Source: an uncultured Nitriliruptorales bacterium
GTDB lineage: Bacteria; Actinomycetota; Nitriliruptoria; Nitriliruptorales; Nitriliruptoraceae
Length of the DNA stretch: 32,000 nt
Assembly (NCBI GenBank): GCA_963735045.1
Contig: CAVTIZ010000003.1
Location: forward strand, 419,717 to 451,716
Reading direction: 5' to 3'
The notes under the pieces were generated by a model that saw only the letters and a list, made by a program, of their open reading frames with translations, made no database searches and was not told where the DNA came from. Positions within the stretch are counted from its first letter, which is position 1; every line of letters starts with the position of its first letter. The translations under genes and the position numbers were made by a program. Shown in pieces: positions 8,823-16,383 of the stretch.

Positions 8823-11096
8823 CTAGGCGCCGACCACGGTGGTGGCCGACGCGACGATGTCGTCCACGCCCAGCAGGACGTGGTCGGCGGCCGGACCGAT
8901 CGGGACGTAGGAATCGTGGCTGGCGACGCTGGCCAGTCCGCCCGACCAGCCGGTGGTGGCGAGGTGGGCGACCACCGCGTCGGCGATGCCGCCACCGGTG
9001 GCGCGGGCCTCGTCGGCGACCAGCACCGCGTCGCAGCCCGCGACCGCGTCGCGAACCGCCGCCAGTGGCAGCGGGGACAGCCATCGCAGGTCCACCACCC
9101 GAGCCGCGATGCCGCGCCGGGACAGCAGCCGCGCGGCTCGCCGAGACAGGTGCACGCCGTTGCCCCAGGTCACGATCGCGAGGTCGCCGGCCGCCGGGTC
9201 GTGGATCCCGAGCTCACCCGGCAGCAGCACGTGGTCGTCGGCGGGCCAGCCGGCCAGCCACGCGTCGTCGCCGGTCTCGTGCAGGTCGCGCCGGTGGTAC
9301 AGGGCGATCGGTTCCAGCACCACCACGACGTCGCCGTCGGTGGCGGCCATGGCCAGCGCCGCCCGCAGCATCCCGACCGCGTCGTCGGCGCGGGACGGCA
9401 CCGCCAGGCGCAGGCCGGGGATGTCACGCAGGGCGCCGATCGCGTTGTCGTTGTGGAAGTGCCCGCCGAACCCCTCCTGGTAGGCCAGGCCGGCCACACG
9501 CAGCACCATCGGCGTGGCGAAGGCGCCCGCGGAGAAGAACCGGGTCGACGCCGCCTCGCCCCGGAGCTGGTCCAGGGCGTTGTGGAGGTAGGCGAGGTAC
9601 TGGACCTCCGGGACGGGCAGCAGCCCCAGCAGTCCGGCGCCCTGGGCGGTGCCCAGGATCGTGGTCTCGTCCAGCAGGGTGTCGAACACCCGGGCGCGGC
9701 CGAAGCGGTCCTGCAGCCCCTTGGTCACGCCGTAGACACCGCCCTTGTGCCCGACGTCCTCGCCGAACGCCAACGTGCCGGGACGCGCGGCCAGCTGTTC
9801 GTGGAGGGTCGCGGTGATGGCCTGGGCCAGGGTCATCGGGGTCCCCGGCGCGGGCCGGTCCGGGTCGTCGTCGGCCACGGCGGTCCTGGTGGCCTCGACG
9901 GCCGCGGCCCGCACGACGTCGGGCCGGTGGGGCGCGAGTGGGGCCATGACCTCCTCGGCCGACCCCAGCAGGACGTGGTCGCCGGCCCGGTCGACCAGGT
10001 CGTCCAGGTGCGCGGCGGTCGTGTCCAGGATGGCACCAACCTCCGTGTCGGCCACCAGGCCCAGGGCCCGCAGGCGAGTGACGGCGGCCACCAGCGGGTC
10101 CCGGTCGAGGTCGTCGAGGATCTCGCGCCGGGTCCGGTAGGCCGCCTCCACGTCGCTGCCGGCGTGCCCGCCGAGTCGGACCGTCGGCAGGCGCAGCACG
10201 GCTGGGCGGCGCTGGGAGCGGACCTGGTCGACGGCGGCACCGACCGTGGCCCAGACCGCGTCGACGGGTCCCTCCGCATCGTGGAAGGCCAGTCCGGGGA
10301 GGTGGCCCAGCGAGTCCGCGATCCAGCGGGTGGGTGTCGGGACCGAGATGCCACGGCCGTTGTCCTCGACCACCAGCAGGAACGGGACCGGGTTGCCGTG
10401 TCGGTGGGCCCACCTCGCGGCCGTCAGCGCCGACAGGGTCGTGGCGTGGTTGGCCGACGCGTCGCCCACGCTGGCGACCACGATCGCGTCGGGCGGGATG
10501 GGCGCGGTCGCGTCGAGCCGAGCGGCGCGCGACAGCATCGCGGCCATCCCGACCGCCTTGGGGGGATGCGAGCCGATCGTGGAGGTCTGGGGCAGGATCC
10601 AGGTGTCGGGATCGCCCCACACCTTGTGGCGGCCCCCGGACGCCACGTCGGTGGCGCCGGCCACGAGGCTGGTGACGGTCGCCGCCAGGACGTCGTGGTC
10701 GGGGTCGGGATGGGTGCGGGACTTGGCCATGACCAGCCCGCCGTCGCGGTAGTGCAGCAGGCACGGGTCGGTGCGGCGCAGGTGGGCACCCACCACGGCC
10801 GTCAGTTCGTGACCAGCCGACGAGATCGTGTAGAAGCCGATCCCCGCGGCCCGCAGGTGGCGGCCCGCGACGTCCAGCAGGCGCGATCGCACCATGTCGG
10901 TGACCAGGTCCCGGGCCCGGTCGGCGTCCAGCCCCGGCGGTGGGGCCACGTCGACGGGCGCGACCGCGTCCTCGAGGCTGGCCCGCAGACGTTGGACGGA
11001 CGTCGACACGGTGTCGGGCACGGACGCGCCTTTCGGGGTCTGGCGGACCGGGGTGGGTCCGTGGGCGACCGAACCTGCGTCAGCCCAGGAACGCAC
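8823..11096 (-). CDS. Fused E1 alpha/beta thiamine-diphosphate-dependent 2-oxoacid dehydrogenase component, 757 aa
   Basis: The N-terminal half has a TPP motif (GDASANH...VVEDNGRGIS). The C-terminal half is transketolase-like and pyrimidine-binding, of E1 beta type (FGEDVGHKGGVYGVTKGLQDRFG...RVFDTLLDE). GTG 11096 overlaps the crotonase stop by 17 nt, and the exact start is uncertain. Confidence 0.85.
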   Translation of the reverse strand: MRSWADAGSVAHGPTPVRQTPKGASVPDTVSTSVQRLRASLEDAVAPVDVAPPPGLDADRARDLVTDMVRSRLLDVAGRHLRAAGIGFYTISSAGHELTAVVGAHLRRTDPCLLHYRDGGLVMAKSRTHPDPDHDVLAATVTSLVAGATDVASGGRHKVWGDPDTWILPQTSTIGSHPPKAVGMAAMLSRAARLDATAPIPPDAIVVASVGDASANHATTLSALTAARWAHRHGNPVPFLLVVEDNGRGISVPTPTRWIADSLGHLPGLAFHDAEGPVDAVWATVGAAVDQVRSQRRPAVLRLPTVRLGGHAGSDVEAAYRTRREILDDLDRDPLVAAVTRLRALGLVADTEVGAILDTTAAHLDDLVDRAGDHVLLGSAEEVMAPLAPHRPDVVRAAAVEATRTAVADDDPDRPAPGTPMTLAQAITATLHEQLAARPGTLAFGEDVGHKGGVYGVTKGLQDRFGRARVFDTLLDETTILGTAQGAGLLGLLPVPEVQYLAYLHNALDQLRGEAASTRFFSAGAFATPMVLRVAGLAYQEGFGGHFHNDNAIGALRDIPGLRLAVPSRADDAVGMLRAALAMAATDGDVVVVLEPIALYHRRDLHETGDDAWLAGWPADDHVLLPGELGIHDPAAGDLAIVTWGNGVHLSRRAARLLSRRGIAARVVDLRWLSPLPLAAVRDAVAGCDAVLVADEARATGGGIADAVVAHLATTGWSGGLASVASHDSYVPIGPAADHVLLGVDDIVASATTVVGA

Positions 11097-11781
11097 GCAT
11101 GTCGTCGATGTCGGCCTCGAGGCCGGCCAGGACGGTCTCGGCCGCGGGGCCGCGCAGGCGCTGCTTGGTCGCGGCGTAGCCGGCCGGGGGCAGTTCGGCG
11201 AGCCGACGTGCCACGGCGAGGGCGCGGTCGTGCACCTGGTCGAGCGGGAGGCGCTCGTCGGCGTAGCCCACGTCCACGGCGGTCACCGGGTCGACCCGGC
11301 GGCCCTGGAGCACGAGGTCGTCGAGGCGGTCGGCCGCGACGTTGGCGCGGGCCAGGGCCAACCCGAACCCCGGCATGGTCATGTTGATCTGGGTCTCGGT
11401 GAGCCCCCACGCGAACTCGCCGTCGGCCGCCACCGCGTGGTCACAGGCCATGGCCAGCATGGTCCCGGCCGCCAGCGCGTGCCCGGTCGCGGCGCACACC
11501 GTCGGACGCGGCTCGGTCCAGATCCGCATCAGCGCCTGGCCGAAGACCACCAGGAGGTCGGCGACCCCGTCCTCGTCGGCCGCCGCCATGTACTTCAGGT
11601 CCAGCCCCGCGGTCAGGATGCCCTCGCGGCCGGTGATGACGAACGCCCGGACGTCGTCGGCCGCCTCGTCGAAGGCCGCCAGCAGTTCGCGGAAGCGGTT
11701 GGGGTCCAGCGCGTTCTTCGCCCCGTCGTCCAACGTCAGGACGGCGATGTGGTCCTCGGTGACGGCGACCTGCAGGCTCAT
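11080..11781 (-). CDS. Enoyl-CoA hydratase/isomerase (crotonase) family protein, 233 aa
   Basis: It has a crotonase-fold N-terminus (IAVLTLDDGAKNALD...FVITGREGILTAGLDLK). GAGG lies 6 nt upstream of ATG 11781. Confidence 0.9.
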   Translation of the reverse strand: MSLQVAVTEDHIAVLTLDDGAKNALDPNRFRELLAAFDEAADDVRAFVITGREGILTAGLDLKYMAAADEDGVADLLVVFGQALMRIWTEPRPTVCAATGHALAAGTMLAMACDHAVAADGEFAWGLTETQINMTMPGFGLALARANVAADRLDDLVLQGRRVDPVTAVDVGYADERLPLDQVHDRALAVARRLAELPPAGYAATKQRLRGPAAETVLAGLEADIDDMRAFLG

Positions 11782-11823
11782 GGCGGACCTCGGGACCGGT
11801 GGGCGGCGGGTCGTCCGATGCTA

Positions 11824-11927
11824 ACCCCACCCACCCCACCCGGCCGCCCGACCCGACCCCCCACCACCCGCCCGACCCCCCCACCACCCGCCCGACCCCC
11901 CGGCTCCACACGCCGGCCCCCCCGGTG
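11824..11927 (-). repeat. G-rich tract on the minus strand (C-rich on plus) with an exact 20-bp tandem duplication
   Basis: CCACCACCCGCCCGACCCCC occurs twice in tandem (11861-11880 and 11881-11900). Read on the minus strand there are many runs of 3 or more G. The tract lies just upstream of a -10-like TAGCAT (plus-strand coordinates 11818-11823) for the crotonase gene. Confidence 0.8.
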
Positions 11928-11940
11928 TCGAACGGCCGAA

Positions 11941-12236
11941 CCACGCGACCGTGGGCGTCCTGGCCGGTATGCCGGCCGAATCACCCCCGGTGGCGTCGGT
12001 GGCGCCGCCCGGAGGACGACGCGACCGTGGGCGTCCTGGCCGGTATGCCGGCCGAATCGCGCCCGGTGGCGTCGGTGGCGCAGCCCGGAGGACGACGCGA
12101 CCGTGGGCGTTCTGGCCGGTATGCCGGCCGAATCGCGCCCGGTGGCGGTGGTCGCGCCCATGTCCCGGGCGAGCGTGAGGGTTCCGGCCGGTATGTCGGC
12201 GAAATCGCGCCCGGTGGCGTTCGACGGGCGGGCTGG
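11941..12236. repeat. 76-bp tandem repeat (minisatellite): three good copies plus one decayed copy, non-coding
   Basis: The anchor GGCCGGTATG recurs at 11962, 12038 and 12114 (period 76) and at 12186 (period 72). Copies 11944-12019 and 12020-12095 differ at 3 of 76 positions. The period is not a multiple of 3. Confidence 0.9.
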
Positions 12237-12240
12237 TCTG

Positions 12241-12320
12241 CCGGGGGGGGCGGTGGAGGAGGCTGGGGGTGGGGGTTGGGAGTGGGGGTGGGGGCGGGGG
12301 TTGGGAGTGGGGGTGGGGTC
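12241..12320 (+). repeat. G-rich tract on the plus strand with a 25-bp tandem duplication
   Basis: GGGGGTTGGGAGTGGGGGTGGGGGC (12271-12295) is followed by GGGGGTTGGGAGTGGGGGTGGGGTC (12296-12320). There are nine or more G-runs of at least 3 separated by 1-3 nt. A -10-like TACGAT follows immediately at 12322-12327. Confidence 0.8.
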
Positions 12321-12358
12321 GTACGATCGGGGCGTTGCCTCGAGGTGGACGGACACGG

Positions 12359-12853
12359 ATGGTGATGGACCCGCCGCGAACGGCGAGCCGGGCACCGCTG
12401 ACAGGTCGGGAGCGACTGTGGGTGCTGGTGGCCTCGGTGGCGCCGATCCTGGTCGCGATGGCCGTGCTGTCGCCGTTCGTGGTGCTGGGCGAGGCGACCG
12501 GCGCCGAGCTGGTCGCGGCCGGGCTGGTGTACGGCGGGCTGGTCGCGTTGGCAGCCGGGTTCGTGGCCTACGACCGCCTCCAGGCGCGGCAGTGCCCACG
12601 GTGCACGACCCGCAACCCCCGCGACGCCGAGCGCTGCGCCACGTGCGACTACGACCTCGCCGAGCGTCCACGATGGCGCTGTCCGGAGGGCCATGTCCGG
12701 TTGGACCCGGGGATGTGCGACTGCGGTCGCCGACTCCAACGGGTCGAGACACCACGTGGGATCGGTCGCGAGGTCCGGGGCATGCTGCGCGTCGGCGCCT
12801 GGATGCTGGCGTTCCTGTTGATCGTGGGGCTGGTGCTCAACCAGATCGGCTGA
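12359..12853 (+). CDS. Hypothetical membrane protein with a cytoplasmic or loop zinc-ribbon, about 164 aa
   Basis: It has two N-terminal and one C-terminal hydrophobic helices flanking CPRCTTRNPRDAERCATCDYDL and CPEGH...CDCG motifs. No family is recognised. The start is ATG 12359 or 12365; the 12269 start lies in the G-tract. Confidence 0.6.
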   Translation: MVMDPPRTASRAPLTGRERLWVLVASVAPILVAMAVLSPFVVLGEATGAELVAAGLVYGGLVALAAGFVAYDRLQARQCPRCTTRNPRDAERCATCDYDLAERPRWRCPEGHVRLDPGMCDCGRRLQRVETPRGIGREVRGMLRVGAWMLAFLLIVGLVLNQIG

Positions 12854-12887
12854 GGCAGGCCCCACGGGTCGCCAGCCGGGGCACGGC

Positions 12888-13460
12888 TCAGCGGGAGCCG
12901 TCCACCTCGACGGGCTGGAACAGGTCCAGCGTCGGCATCTGGTCGAGGCCGTCGAGCAGGCGGACGCGCACGTCGGAGGTCAGCAGGAACTCGCGGGTGT
13001 CGTCCCAGCCGTCGTAGCGACCGCCCGCCGCCACGACCTCGCCCAGGCCGGAGTTGGCGATCAGCTTGGCACAGCCGAAGCAGGGCGCGCCGGTGCAGTA
13101 CAGGGTGGCGTTGGCGCGGTCGGAGGGCGAGGAGAACAGCAGGGCGTTGGCCTCGGCGTGGATCGCGATGCACTGGCTGTAGTCGTGGCCCTGCGGGGTG
13201 TCCGACAGCGCCCGCGGACAGGCTCCGTCCATGCAGTGGGGGTGGCCCGAGGGAGCGCCGTTGTAGCCCGTGGAGACGATCCGGCGGTCGCCCGCCACGA
13301 TGACCGCACCGTGCTTCCGCCGCAGGCAGGTGGCCCGGGTCGCCGTCGCCCGGGCGAGGTCGAGGAAGTAGGCGTCCCAACTCTGCCGCTGCCCGCCGTG
13401 CCCGTCCCCGGTCGACGTCGGTCCACCATCGTCGTCCGCGGATGGCGTCGATGGGCTCAC
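12888..13460 (-). CDS. dCMP (deoxycytidylate) deaminase / CMP-dCMP deaminase zinc-binding family, 190 aa
   Basis: It has the zinc motifs HAEANAL and PCFGCAKLI. Its GTG start at 13460 overlaps the upstream stop (GTGA). Confidence 0.85.
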   Translation of the reverse strand: MSPSTPSADDDGGPTSTGDGHGGQRQSWDAYFLDLARATATRATCLRRKHGAVIVAGDRRIVSTGYNGAPSGHPHCMDGACPRALSDTPQGHDYSQCIAIHAEANALLFSSPSDRANATLYCTGAPCFGCAKLIANSGLGEVVAAGGRYDGWDDTREFLLTSDVRVRLLDGLDQMPTLDLFQPVEVDGSR

Positions 13461-13852
13461 TGGGGCGGCACGGGCGGGATCATGCCCGGGGGCAGCGCAT
13501 CCCGACCCTGCAGGGGGGACAACTCGAACTCGGGTTCGCCGATGCGCAGGAACTCGACCGGCTCCTCGTCACGGAGGTGCTGTTCGACGATCTGCTCGAC
13601 GTCGTCGACCGTCACCCCGCCGTACCAGACGTCGTCGGGCGCGACGTACATCACCGGCCCCACCATGCACGGTTCCAGGCAGAACGACGCGACCACCTTG
13701 ACGTCGTCGAGGCCGTGGGCGCCCGAGAACTCGCGCACCAGTTCGAACACGTCACCACCCCCCCGGGGGAGGCAGGACGGCCGGGGATGGGCCTCGTCCC
13801 GCTGGTTGACACACACGAACACGTGCTTGCGAGGCTTGCCGGCTCGGGCCAT
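13457..13852 (-). CDS. Thioredoxin-like [2Fe-2S] ferredoxin family protein, 131 aa
   Basis: Its cysteine spacing is C-x12-C-x30-C-x3-C (VFVCVN...PSC...SFCLEPC). The start is ATG 13852; the longer ORF to 14170 is an Arg-rich extension antisense to the next gene. Confidence 0.8.
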   Translation of the reverse strand: MARAGKPRKHVFVCVNQRDEAHPRPSCLPRGGGDVFELVREFSGAHGLDDVKVVASFCLEPCMVGPVMYVAPDDVWYGGVTVDDVEQIVEQHLRDEEPVEFLRIGEPEFELSPLQGRDALPPGMIPPVPPQ

Positions 13853-14004
13853 GGACGTGGGTCTCCGGGTGGCGGGCTGAGGCGTCGCCGACGACGATAC
13901 CGAGCAGCGACCGTGCCGGACAGGGCCACCCGCCCACGCCCGGATCCGGAAGCCTGGACGGCGTCGCGGCGTTGTCCCGGACCCGATCGCGAGCAGGACA
14001 TCCC

Positions 14005-14490
14005 ATGACCCGTGCACGGCCCAGGACCCATCGTCGCGACGACGACCCCGACGCCACCGCCGCGATCCCCGAGCGTGCGGACGTCGACGCGGCCGTGGCC
14101 CGCATCCTCGCGCGCGCCGACGACGGCCGGCGTCGTGTCGCCGTGGTCGGCCTGTCGGACCAGCCGTCACGCAGCAGCCACGGCGTCGCCAGGGCGCTGC
14201 AGGCGCACGGGTGGGACGTCGTGCCGGTCAACCCCGACATCGACGCCGCCCTGGGCGTCCCCGCCGTGGACGCGTTGGCCGACGTCGAGGGCCACATCGA
14301 CCTCGTCGACGTCTTCCGGCGGGCCGAGCACCTCCCCGGGGTCGCCGCGGAGGCCGCTGCCGTGGGGGCCACCGCGGTGTGGAACCAGTTGGGGCTGCGC
14401 AGCGCCGAGGCGGCGGCGATCGCGAGCGAGGCCGGCATGGACTACGTCGAGGACCGGTGCCTGAAGATCGAGATCGCGCGACGTCGCTGA
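14005..14490 (+). CDS. CoA-binding domain protein (YccU/YneT-like), 161 aa
   Basis: It has a Rossmann-like RRVAVVGLSDQPSRSSHGVARALQAHGWDVVPVNP motif. AGGA lies about 7 nt upstream of ATG 14005; the 13972 start is TTG. Confidence 0.8.
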   Translation: MTRARPRTHRRDDDPDATAAIPERADVDAAVARILARADDGRRRVAVVGLSDQPSRSSHGVARALQAHGWDVVPVNPDIDAALGVPAVDALADVEGHIDLVDVFRRAEHLPGVAAEAAAVGATAVWNQLGLRSAEAAAIASEAGMDYVEDRCLKIEIARRR

Positions 14491-14502
14491 CCCCTCGCCG
14501 CG

Positions 14503-14799
14503 ATGACCGCCGCCCAGCCGCTCAACCCGCCCGGCCCACGGACCCCGCCACGACCGACCGCCAGGAGCACCGTGACCCCGTCGACCCGTCGCCGTGCCCG
14601 CGCCCGGGCGTGGTGGCCGCTCGGGCTGGTGCTGGTGTTGGGCGCCGTCCTGGTGCTGGGGCACTGGGGTGTGCTCGGCATGGCCGAGTGGGTCGAGGTC
14701 CTCGTTCGCATCGTCTTCGTCATGGCCGTGGCAGCGTGGATCATCGGCGACTTCCTGCGCCTCCTGGTGTGGTGGTTCTGGACCAGGCAACAGCGGTGA
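14503..14799 (+). CDS. Hypothetical small membrane protein, 98 aa, two predicted TM helices
   Basis: It has a Pro/Arg-rich N-terminus followed by WWPLGLVLVLGAVLVLGHWGVLG and VRIVFVMAVAAWIIGDFLRLLVWWFW. It starts 13 nt after the CoA-binding gene. No family is recognised. Confidence 0.45.
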   Translation: MTAAQPLNPPGPRTPPRPTARSTVTPSTRRRARARAWWPLGLVLVLGAVLVLGHWGVLGMAEWVEVLVRIVFVMAVAAWIIGDFLRLLVWWFWTRQQR

Positions 14800-14814
14800 C
14801 CGACGACGGCCGAT

Positions 14815-15282
14815 TCAGTCCTCCGCGACGTCGGTGACCCGTCCACCGGAGCGGGTGACCAGCACGTCGGGTGACAGGGCGAAGACACTGTCGGGGGTGC
14901 CGGCGGCCGCCCACACGACGTCGTGGCCCAACAGGTCCGGGTCCACCAGTGTCGGCAGCGGTGACGGGTGGCCGAACGGGGGCGTCCCGCCGATGGCGAA
15001 GCCGGTCGCGGAGCGGACGAGGTCGGCGTCGGCCCGCACGACCCGGTGCGCGCCCAGGGCCGTCGCGACCTTCGTGGTGTCGACGCGGTTGGCGCCCGAG
15101 GTCAGCACCAGCACCGGCTCGTCGTCGCCGGAGAAGACCAGCGACTTGACGATCTGGGCCACGTCGCACCCGACGGCGGCGGCCGCGTCGGCCGCGGTGC
15201 GGGTCCCCGACGGGAAGCGGCGGACGGTCACCTCGGACGGATCGTCGAGTGCGGCGAGGAAGCGCGTGGTGGCGTCGGCCAT
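14815..15282 (-). CDS. YbaK/EbsC-type aminoacyl-tRNA editing (deacylase) domain protein, 155 aa
   Basis: It carries ...AQIVKSLVFSGDDEPVLVLTSGANRVD...GFAIGGTPPFGH..., typical of the YbaK family. GGAG precedes ATG 15282. Confidence 0.85.
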   Translation of the reverse strand: MADATTRFLAALDDPSEVTVRRFPSGTRTAADAAAAVGCDVAQIVKSLVFSGDDEPVLVLTSGANRVDTTKVATALGAHRVVRADADLVRSATGFAIGGTPPFGHPSPLPTLVDPDLLGHDVVWAAAGTPDSVFALSPDVLVTRSGGRVTDVAED

Positions 15283-15317
15283 GGGATCTCCGGTCGTGGG
15301 GCCCTGCGGGGGTCGGG

Positions 15318-15842
15318 TCAGCGCAGGGCCGGGTTGAGCACCCAGATCGCGATGGTCAGGGCGGTCGCGAAGGTGACCCACGCCGCGTACGGGACCATCA
15401 GCCACGCGGCCACCCGATCGACCGGGCGGAACACCGCGATGGTCCACACCACCAACCCGAGCAGCACCACGATCACGGCGGCAGCCAGGGTCACCTGCTG
15501 CAGGTTGAAGAACACCGGTGTCCAGGCGGCGTTGAACACCAGTTGGATCGTCCACAGGGTCAGCCCGGGGCCCCACCCGGCGCGCTGCCACACCCGCCAT
15601 GCCGCGACGGCGATCACGGCGTACAGGACGGTCCACACGGGCCCGAACACCCATGGTGGCGGCGCCCAGGCGGGTGTCGTCAGCCGGTCGACGTAGAAGC
15701 CCTGGATGTCGTCGCCCTGCAACAGCACGGCCACGGCGGCGGCGCCGAAGGACATCGCGAGGAAGCCGGCCAGCGCGAGCCAGCGGGCACGGGTCGAGGT
15801 GCTCGTGGTGCGATCATCGGCGGTGTCCGGGTGGGGGGTCAT
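15318..15842 (-). CDS. tspO: TspO/MBR tryptophan-rich sensory protein, 174 aa
   Basis: It has five TM segments with Trp-rich motifs (PPWVFGPVWTVLY, AWRVW, LVFNAAWTPVFF, PYAAWVTFATALT). Confidence 0.9.
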   Translation of the reverse strand: MTPHPDTADDRTTSTSTRARWLALAGFLAMSFGAAAVAVLLQGDDIQGFYVDRLTTPAWAPPPWVFGPVWTVLYAVIAVAAWRVWQRAGWGPGLTLWTIQLVFNAAWTPVFFNLQQVTLAAAVIVVLLGLVVWTIAVFRPVDRVAAWLMVPYAAWVTFATALTIAIWVLNPALR

Positions 15843-16207
15843 GACGGTTCCGGGTGGGGGAGGTCGACGGTGGCGTGCAGGGGTGTGGCGTCGGGGGCGA
15901 GTCGGACCCGGACCTGCAGGCGGGCGCCCGCCGGCGGTGGTGGGCGGAAGCGCACCTCGCCGTTGGAGAAGCCACGGTCGCCCCGTCCGACGGCGTCGAG
16001 GACGTCGGCGCGACGACCGTCCACCGACACGGCCCAGGCGTCGGCAGCCGGGACACGACGCGACAGCGGCTCGTCGGCGTCGACGTCGATCCGGGCGAAG
16101 CGCAGGTCGGCGACCCGGTCGTAGACCTCCAGCGAGAGCAGGACCAGGCGATGCCCGTGGGTCGTCCCGACCTCGACCAGGAGCGGGTCCACGCGCAGGG
16201 GTCGCAT
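15839..16207 (-). CDS. Hypothetical protein, 122 aa, translationally coupled to tspO
   Basis: GGGAGG precedes ATG 16207, and its stop overlaps the tspO start by 4 nt. No family is recognised. The rest of ORF 15839-17950 is antisense to the peptidase gene. Confidence 0.55.
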   Translation of the reverse strand: MRPLRVDPLLVEVGTTHGHRLVLLSLEVYDRVADLRFARIDVDADEPLSRRVPAADAWAVSVDGRRADVLDAVGRGDRGFSNGEVRFRPPPPAGARLQVRVRLAPDATPLHATVDLPHPEPS

Positions 16208-16383
16208 GGTCGCCTCCCACGGTCGCCGGTGGCCCGCGACCGTAGCCCGCGACGTGGTCCCGCCCAGCGCACGCCCGATGCGCATCCGGCCGCGGCGCGG
16301 GACTAGCGTCGCCACGACCGGACCCGACGGTCGCACGGGCAGACCGGGCCCCTGCCACCCCACGCACGACACCAGCCACCCCA

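Noticed and set aside
8880-11387. An 835-aa plus-strand ORF, with nested ORFs at 9424-10764 and 8732-9817.
   Set aside because: It lies antisense to the well-supported E1 gene. The translation is Arg/Gly/Pro-rich and low in complexity, with no recognisable motif. Shadow ORFs like this are typical of very GC-rich DNA.
11941-12236. Interpretation of the 76-bp repeats as a CRISPR array.
   Set aside because: The units are directly abutting, with no unique spacers between them. The unit is far longer than CRISPR repeats, and there are no cas genes in the window.
11811-12328. Interpretation of the whole repeat block as a MITE-like insertion. The supporting observations were flanking TCGTCCGATG / TCGTACGATC (8 of 10 identical) and ACCCCACCC-type terminal inverted similarity.
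   Set aside because: The terminal similarity is driven by low-complexity G/C runs. The flanking direct repeat is imperfect and overlaps the -10-like hexamers. Without other genomic copies this cannot be supported, so it is left as something to test by genome-wide BLASTN.
11778-12755. ORFs crossing the repeat region: 11799-12365 (+), 11951-12178 (+), 11778-12755 (-), 11981-12865 (-) and part of 10894-13017 (+).
   Set aside because: The 76-bp repeat period is not a multiple of 3, so each ORF reads successive copies in different frames. The translations are low-complexity runs of Arg, Pro and Gly.
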